A stretch of 42,384 bases of DNA from a virus: positions 1-42,384 of IMG/VR virus record IMGVR_UViG_3300017446_000008; one strand, 5' to 3'. The first letter of the stretch is position 1, and each line of letters opens with the position of its first letter. The notes under the pieces are model-generated. The model searched no databases. It was not told the DNA's origin and was given only the letters and a program-made list of their open reading frames with translations. Positions 37,656 through 42,384 of this stretch are shown one piece after another. A program made the translations under genes and the position numbers.

Positions 37656-37859
37656 ATGAGCAAAGTAATACAAGTTGTATTGTCAGATGATGAGTATAAA
37701 GCTATATCAGAAGAGGCTGTTAAGCAAGATCGTAAATTATCTCAAATGGCAAGGCGTTTAATGATGAATAACTTAAAGTCAACATTTTCATTTGAAATTA
37801 AAGGTAATGATTCGGCAGGTGTTGTACGAAAAAATGACAATAGACAAAATAAATTATGA
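37656..37859 (+). CDS. Ribbon-helix-helix (CopG/Arc-like) DNA-binding protein
   Basis: 67-aa ORF. KVIQVVLSDDEYKAISEEAVKQDRKLSQMARRLMMNNL fits a beta-strand / helix / helix RHH layout. Confidence 0.6.
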   Translation: MSKVIQVVLSDDEYKAISEEAVKQDRKLSQMARRLMMNNLKSTFSFEIKGNDSAGVVRKNDNRQNKL

Positions 37860-37999
37860 AAATCCTATACCTACGCGACGGTAAATGGCAAGAAGCTGAA
37901 TTTATCAGCAGTCAACAGGGCGAGACAGTTATTAAATTCAGGGGTGCTTTAGTTGCTATGATGAATAGTACGGCAGATAAATTAATTAAGAAGATATGA
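37856..37999 (+). CDS. Hypothetical 47-aa protein (below the track cutoff)
   Basis: Manual translation: MKILYLRDGKWQEAEFISSQQGETVIKFRGALVAMMNSTADKLIKKI. ATGA overlaps on both sides. Confidence 0.45.
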   Translation: MKILYLRDGKWQEAEFISSQQGETVIKFRGALVAMMNSTADKLIKKI

Positions 38000-38340
38000 A
38001 AATAATAAATTTAGAAGAGTTTTTAAAATTACCATCTAACACTCTATTTCATAAATACACCCCCCAAGTTTTTGGAGGTTTACAAGTAAAAGCTTGTGAT
38101 CCCTTTGATAATTACGCTCCTTCTTTTTATGTAAAAGATTTATATGGCTTTACAGAGGGATCGGTCTGTTCAGAAACTAATTCTGATATTATAGATTCAG
38201 GGAGCTTTAAATGGGATTTAAATAGCGTAGGGAGAGATGGGATGTATGATTACGATCAATTATTTTGCGTTTATGAAAATGATGATGTTGAAAGACTAAT
38301 TTTACAATTATCTATGTGTTTAAATCGAACCGCCTCCTAG
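37996..38340 (+). CDS. Hypothetical protein (island cargo)
   Basis: 114-aa ORF with no recognisable motif. Confidence 0.55.
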   Translation: MKIINLEEFLKLPSNTLFHKYTPQVFGGLQVKACDPFDNYAPSFYVKDLYGFTEGSVCSETNSDIIDSGSFKWDLNSVGRDGMYDYDQLFCVYENDDVERLILQLSMCLNRTAS

Positions 38341-38351
38341 AATAATATAAT

Positions 38352-38528
38352 ATGAAACCAATTAAATGGTATTTTTACAAGCCCATATGTGAGTTTTGGT
38401 ATTGGATATATGGAACAAGTAATAAACGGTACTATAAGTACCTAAATAAGATCTGCGATACTGGCTTTAATTTATATGGCGATAAGATTACGAGGCCCCA
38501 AACCGCCTACGATACCCCGCAGCACTAA
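38352..38528 (+). CDS. Hypothetical 58-aa Trp/Tyr-rich protein (uncertain)
   Basis: Manual translation: MKPIKWYFYKPICEFWYWIYGTSNKRYYKYLNKICDTGFNLYGDKITRPQTAYDTPQH. Its 3' end overlaps the convergent gene 38488..39267 by 41 nt. Confidence 0.3.
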   Translation: MKPIKWYFYKPICEFWYWIYGTSNKRYYKYLNKICDTGFNLYGDKITRPQTAYDTPQH

Positions 38529-39267
38529 GTGTAACAAAAGTGCACCGGCACCTTATACGCTCCTTTCCAGGCAACTTAGGGTCGCCAGGTACATTACCAT
38601 TAAACCCACCTACATTAAATTCGCTATTGAAAGGAACTGCGGTTTCATTTATGACCATGTGGTCGTGCCTTTCTTTACCATCAAGTCGCGTAATCCACAT
38701 TTTATAGCCCTTACTTTCGCCTATCTCTTTAAAGTACTCTTTAGCCCCTTCTATTTTGGCAAAATTAGATGCGGTTGTGGTTTCGGTTCGTGCGATTAAT
38801 AAAGCCCTTTGTTTGCCAATATCGCCCAGGGTGTATTGTCTGATTAAAGCAGCTGTTTGTGTATTGGTAGCATAAATACGGCCAGCTTCAGCTAATGCAG
38901 CTTGTATTTGCTCAATAGTTGTTTGGTTTAAGTCGTTGCTAAAGTTAAATGCTACCGTTGCACCATATGCGCTCATATTAGCAGCAAATAGGTCGTTAAG
39001 AAACGTTAAAAAGTCAGCCTTGATATTATTACGCTTTAAATATTGATACTCTTTGTTAGCGGCCTGCACACCTATCAGACGATATGCTTTAACATAAGCT
39101 TCTTGCCATACGTCGTGATTAAGTTTGTTAACATCTAATGATTTAATGACCGGGAGTACACTTTGCGCCAATGCTTTATAAAATATAGGCATAACCTTAC
39201 GCTCCCATATAGCGTGTTGTTTGGCGTATGCCTCAGCATAACGACGTTCACTATCTGTAATCGCCAT
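38488..39267 (-). CDS. Head morphogenesis protein (SPP1 gp7 / Mu F-like)
   Basis: 259-aa ORF. ARTETTTASN and W.T..DGKERHDH......PG......RCRC are hallmarks of the family. Confidence 0.8.
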   Translation of the reverse strand: MAITDSERRYAEAYAKQHAIWERKVMPIFYKALAQSVLPVIKSLDVNKLNHDVWQEAYVKAYRLIGVQAANKEYQYLKRNNIKADFLTFLNDLFAANMSAYGATVAFNFSNDLNQTTIEQIQAALAEAGRIYATNTQTAALIRQYTLGDIGKQRALLIARTETTTASNFAKIEGAKEYFKEIGESKGYKMWITRLDGKERHDHMVINETAVPFNSEFNVGGFNGNVPGDPKLPGKERIRCRCTFVTLSAAGYRRRFGAS

Positions 39268-40666
39268 ACTTCAAAGCTTCATCTACTTGATTATCTATTG
39301 TAGTGGTATCAGTAGGCGCATTAACGATACTATCAAGCGTTTCCATTCCTGATTGAACTAAAATAGCATTACCTAATTTATCATCGGCTAAATTATCATA
39401 ATTGAATAATGCACGACGCTCATTTTCAGATACAGAAGGTTTCCCATATACATTGACCAACAATTCTAAATCAGGCTGCAGTTCAGCAAAAATTGAAGTA
39501 TCGTAGTCCAATATTAGATCATCACCAAAGGCCCTGAAAAATGCATTTAAAGATTCTTCTGCGCTATTTAAATCCGGTACTACTGTATCGGTAATTAAGG
39601 ACTTACGAGCAGATTTAACAAAATTATCAGTAGCTTGTTCTTTATCACCTATCAATACACTATCTACGCCAAACAAATTGCTTTGCCTGCTTATATTGGC
39701 CCTTGCAGCTTCTATTAGCCTTTGATCTGCTACGCTGTCTCCTATTGCTTGTACTTTAGCAGGTCGAGTTACACTAAATATATTGCCGTAATTGTGTTCA
39801 CCTTTTAACTTTTGTGCAATTTTTCTATCAACCAACTCTGCTTGCTCCTGCGTCCATTGAAAATCTTCTATATCACTATCAGAGCTAATCATATACCCTT
39901 TACCACCATTATCAAATGCCCTTACTTGAGCTGTCTTATTTTTACTATCCGCCTTTATAACTTTTCTTCCTGGCACTGCAGCAGATAACCCTTTTATTTT
40001 TGTGTTAGGGTTCCAATCTCTTAAATGACAAATGTTTTCTTTAGGAATAGGAATGGTTACACCGTCAATTGTATATTCGTAATGGTGTATTGGGGACTTC
40101 CAATTGTCAGAGTATACCGGTGTGCAATTTTGCGATTCAAGTACATGAAGTTCTTTAAATTTACCTTTGTTAACGCCTAAATCTGTCGCACCGGCTCCGT
40201 ATAAATAGCCATCACCAGTTAATTTGTAATAACCGAATAACGACTCAAACAACATGCTTTGCGTTTGATAGTCGTTAGGATTTCTTAATAAATCTAACAA
40301 AGAATGACTTGTTACTTCATCTAAGCCCTTTTTCCTGTACTTAATTGCATTTAAAAAAGATTGTGCTGTCCCTAAATCTTCCTGAAATGATTTATATTGA
40401 TGATAAGATTTTTCATCTTTTTGACGATAAAGTAGCAAAGAAGGTACACGTATTTTACGAAGGTAAACTCTTAATGACTGGTAAATTACATCATTGTCAA
40501 AGTAACCATCCTGTATACTATTTACATTCCAGTTTATCTCTTTTCCTTGCACATAATAACCCGGGCCAGAGGCCAGCATAGCTGTATATGTAAGTGTTTC
40601 TGAGTTCCAAATATAATTGGCAGCATCTTTAACACGCTGTAACAGTCCACCTTTCTTATCGGCCAT
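39251..40666 (-). CDS. Portal protein (start moved to the ATG at 40666)
   Basis: 471 aa from MADKKGGLLQRV. It lies between terL and the gp7-like gene. The track's longer N-terminus overlaps terL by 46 nt. Confidence 0.8.
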   Translation of the reverse strand: MADKKGGLLQRVKDAANYIWNSETLTYTAMLASGPGYYVQGKEINWNVNSIQDGYFDNDVIYQSLRVYLRKIRVPSLLLYRQKDEKSYHQYKSFQEDLGTAQSFLNAIKYRKKGLDEVTSHSLLDLLRNPNDYQTQSMLFESLFGYYKLTGDGYLYGAGATDLGVNKGKFKELHVLESQNCTPVYSDNWKSPIHHYEYTIDGVTIPIPKENICHLRDWNPNTKIKGLSAAVPGRKVIKADSKNKTAQVRAFDNGGKGYMISSDSDIEDFQWTQEQAELVDRKIAQKLKGEHNYGNIFSVTRPAKVQAIGDSVADQRLIEAARANISRQSNLFGVDSVLIGDKEQATDNFVKSARKSLITDTVVPDLNSAEESLNAFFRAFGDDLILDYDTSIFAELQPDLELLVNVYGKPSVSENERRALFNYDNLADDKLGNAILVQSGMETLDSIVNAPTDTTTIDNQVDEALKYGDYR

Positions 40667-40698
40667 AGTCTTTTTATTGGTAAATATAGGAATTATTT

Positions 40699-42018
40699 TT
40701 ATCCTGCGTAAAATTGTGCCTGTTTGCGCTGAAATAAGAACCACATACGCATCATAATCATATCTGATAAATCGGGTGATCTGCCTAATAACTCCTTTAG
40801 TTTATCTTTTGGCATGATTTGTTTTTTACCGTCCTTATCCATGTTCCATTGCTTGACCTGCTCTAATTCTTGTATTAAGTCAGATTTTTGATCGTTAGAC
40901 ATACAATCTATATAAAGTTCAGATCCGTTAACAATTTCGGCTAATTTAAAATAACATTGCGATTTTAAATGGTTATAATTCTCTACCTCTTTAGTGGTCG
41001 GATTCTCTAAAGGCCTTGAATTATTTACAAACCCTTTGCACTTCAATGTATCAACTACACCTCCGCCAACACCGTCCTCGTCTACAATAATATTTGAACG
41101 TCCTATACCAAAGATAACAGATTGCGCCTTTATAGCATCTACGCTTTCAGTAACAGAGCTTTGAGCTAACTCAATAACCTTTATCAATCTTATGCCACTC
41201 CAAATGCCAATAACGGTTTTATCACGGCCAAAACGGGCTATATCAGCAGTAATGTATCCTTCGCCTGGTTTAACAAAGCTGTTACTAAATATGTTGGATA
41301 TTTTATCAAACGACATTAATACCGACGGGTCATCATCATACTCCCAATTTCCATATAATAAACGCTGCTTGCTATTGTTATCAAGCGTTAAAAGGTTTTC
41401 TTTGTAATGTTTTGATATAAATGGGTTATCTGTAAGGAGTGATTGTATAAAAGCCTTGGTTGACTTCAATAAACCATCCTTAAATGGCTTAAAGAAGCTT
41501 AAATATACCCAATTCTTTGAAGGGTTGCAGCTGCCTAATATTTTGGGAATCAACCCGTATTCGTCAAGTTTATAACGAATACGGGACTTTAAGATATTCC
41601 ACGCCTTTTCAACTATTTGATTACACTCATCAACAAATGCGCCGGTTATTTCAAGCGATCCCAACTCATCAAAGTTGGGATCGGATGGGTAACTAAAAAG
41701 GTCTTTAAGTAGTATTTCAGAGCCGTTGTTAATATATATTACGTTCGATTGAGCATTAAAACGGTAATGAAAATTGGCCTTCAATCCCTGTATACTTGCA
41801 ACTTGGTAAAAGCTGTTTAGGGTTGTTTCTTTTAGTGTCTTTAAGGAAGCTCTACCCATTACCCAACGGGTGCCTGGGTATTTAAAACATTGTTTAAGCA
41901 ACCAGTAACAACCAAACGCCGATTTGCCACCACCAGCTCCGCCACCGAAGATTAGCTCATTGGTTTTGGTATCTTCTAAAATATCAAGAGCTAACGTCTG
42001 TTTTATCGTTAGTTCCAT
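40699..42018 (-). CDS. terL: Terminase large subunit
   Basis: 439-aa ORF with Walker A FGGGAGGGKS, Walker B-like AFVDE, and the C-terminal nuclease block IIVDEDGVGGGVVD. Confidence 0.9.
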   Translation of the reverse strand: MELTIKQTLALDILEDTKTNELIFGGGAGGGKSAFGCYWLLKQCFKYPGTRWVMGRASLKTLKETTLNSFYQVASIQGLKANFHYRFNAQSNVIYINNGSEILLKDLFSYPSDPNFDELGSLEITGAFVDECNQIVEKAWNILKSRIRYKLDEYGLIPKILGSCNPSKNWVYLSFFKPFKDGLLKSTKAFIQSLLTDNPFISKHYKENLLTLDNNSKQRLLYGNWEYDDDPSVLMSFDKISNIFSNSFVKPGEGYITADIARFGRDKTVIGIWSGIRLIKVIELAQSSVTESVDAIKAQSVIFGIGRSNIIVDEDGVGGGVVDTLKCKGFVNNSRPLENPTTKEVENYNHLKSQCYFKLAEIVNGSELYIDCMSNDQKSDLIQELEQVKQWNMDKDGKKQIMPKDKLKELLGRSPDLSDMIMMRMWFLFQRKQAQFYAG

Positions 42019-42384
42019 AGTGTTTAGTTTCGTTCCAGGTAATTACAGGTTTTGATTGTTCGTTGTCAACCTTAAAAAATCCCAAGTGTTTACCTATATT
42101 CTCATTAGCTCTGTTGGCGTTAGAAGCATCAAACTTCCATTCACCTGTTGGATTACCTTCAAAATCTAATACCGGCTCACCTTGCATACTGCGCTCATAA
42201 ATAGTAGCAAAGTTTAACAAAACCCGCTCAAGTGTGTATTGTAACTTATTTGAAACTTTCTCTTGGCGCTCACTAATATACTTTTGAATATCCTCATTAT
42301 CAAGCAATTGACTTGCCTGAGAACGTGCAGATTGAGGCGAATAACCAGCCCTTATTGCTGCCTGTGTTGCATTCAGGTCAATCA
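41984..42384 (-). CDS. terS: Terminase small subunit, 3' portion (gene continues to position 160 across the junction)
   Basis: The frame stays open from 42307 to the window end, and 42262-42384 equals 1-123. The joined ORF is 438 nt (145 aa). It overlaps the terL start. Confidence 0.8.
   Translation of the reverse strand, partial: IDLNATQAAIRAGYSPQSARSQASQLLDNEDIQKYISERQEKVSNKLQYTLERVLLNFATIYERSMQGEPVLDFEGNPTGEWKFDASNANRANENIGKHLGFFKVDNEQSKPVITWNETKHYGTNDKTDVSS
42262..42384. repeat. Second copy of the 123-bp terminal repeat / overlap
   Basis: Identical to 1-123. Confidence 0.95.

Noticed and set aside
40667-40744. The longer portal start at 40744 (MVLISAQTGTILRRIKIIPIFTNKKT...).
   Set aside because: The extension overlaps terL by 46 nt and looks non-protein-like. 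The ATG at 40666 (MADKKGG...) lies in the short gap after the terL stop.
1-42384. Scanned for CRISPR arrays, tRNA/tmRNA genes, reverse transcriptase or DGR template/variable repeat pairs, transposase or IS ends, and integrase/att sites.
   Set aside because: I recognised no regularly spaced repeats of 24 bp or more, no RT (YxDD) or recombinase (R..H..R..Y) motifs in any listed ORF, and no long near-identical repeat pair other than the 123-bp terminal overlap. This was an eye scan only, so short or degenerate elements could be missed.

Overview
The window is one complete tailed-phage genome (siphovirus-type gene order, HK97-type head genes) written as a linearised circle. Bases 1-123 are identical to 42262-42384, so the unique length is 42,261 bp. 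The small-terminase gene runs across the window junction.

There are three transcription blocks:
(i) A minus-strand early/middle block, 11522 down to 282. It holds many small ORFs, RecT, a YqaJ-like exonuclease, an OB-fold DUF3127-like protein, a Cro-like HTH missed by the ORF track, a GIY-YIG-like protein, a replication initiator with internal iteron-like repeats, a DnaB-like helicase, a start-less HNH relic, dUTPase, a VRR-NUC-like nuclease and an HNH endonuclease.
(ii) A plus-strand block, 11693 to 19028. It holds about 25 small ORFs, a Dam-like methyltransferase with a DWPY motif, a DUF551-like protein and small membrane proteins.
(iii) A minus-strand late block that starts at terS (160, wrapping to 42384). 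In order it contains terL, portal, an SPP1 gp7-like protein, an opposite-strand 4-gene island led by a ribbon-helix-helix (RHH) protein, prohead protease, major capsid, connector proteins, major tail protein, G/GT chaperones with an A9 slippery run, tape measure, baseplate/fibre genes (two with SGNH-esterase motifs), and a cassette of three polytopic membrane proteins. A terminator-promoter pair then precedes the lysis cassette (muramidase, 57-aa ORF, 2-TM holin candidate).

Three TTTG-N20-(T/C)ATCTTTG promoter-like sites and a DUF3127-like protein suggest a Bacteroidota host; this is inference. I found no integrase, CI-type repressor, tRNA or CRISPR array.

Functional calls rest on motifs I can read in the translations and on synteny. 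No database search was possible.
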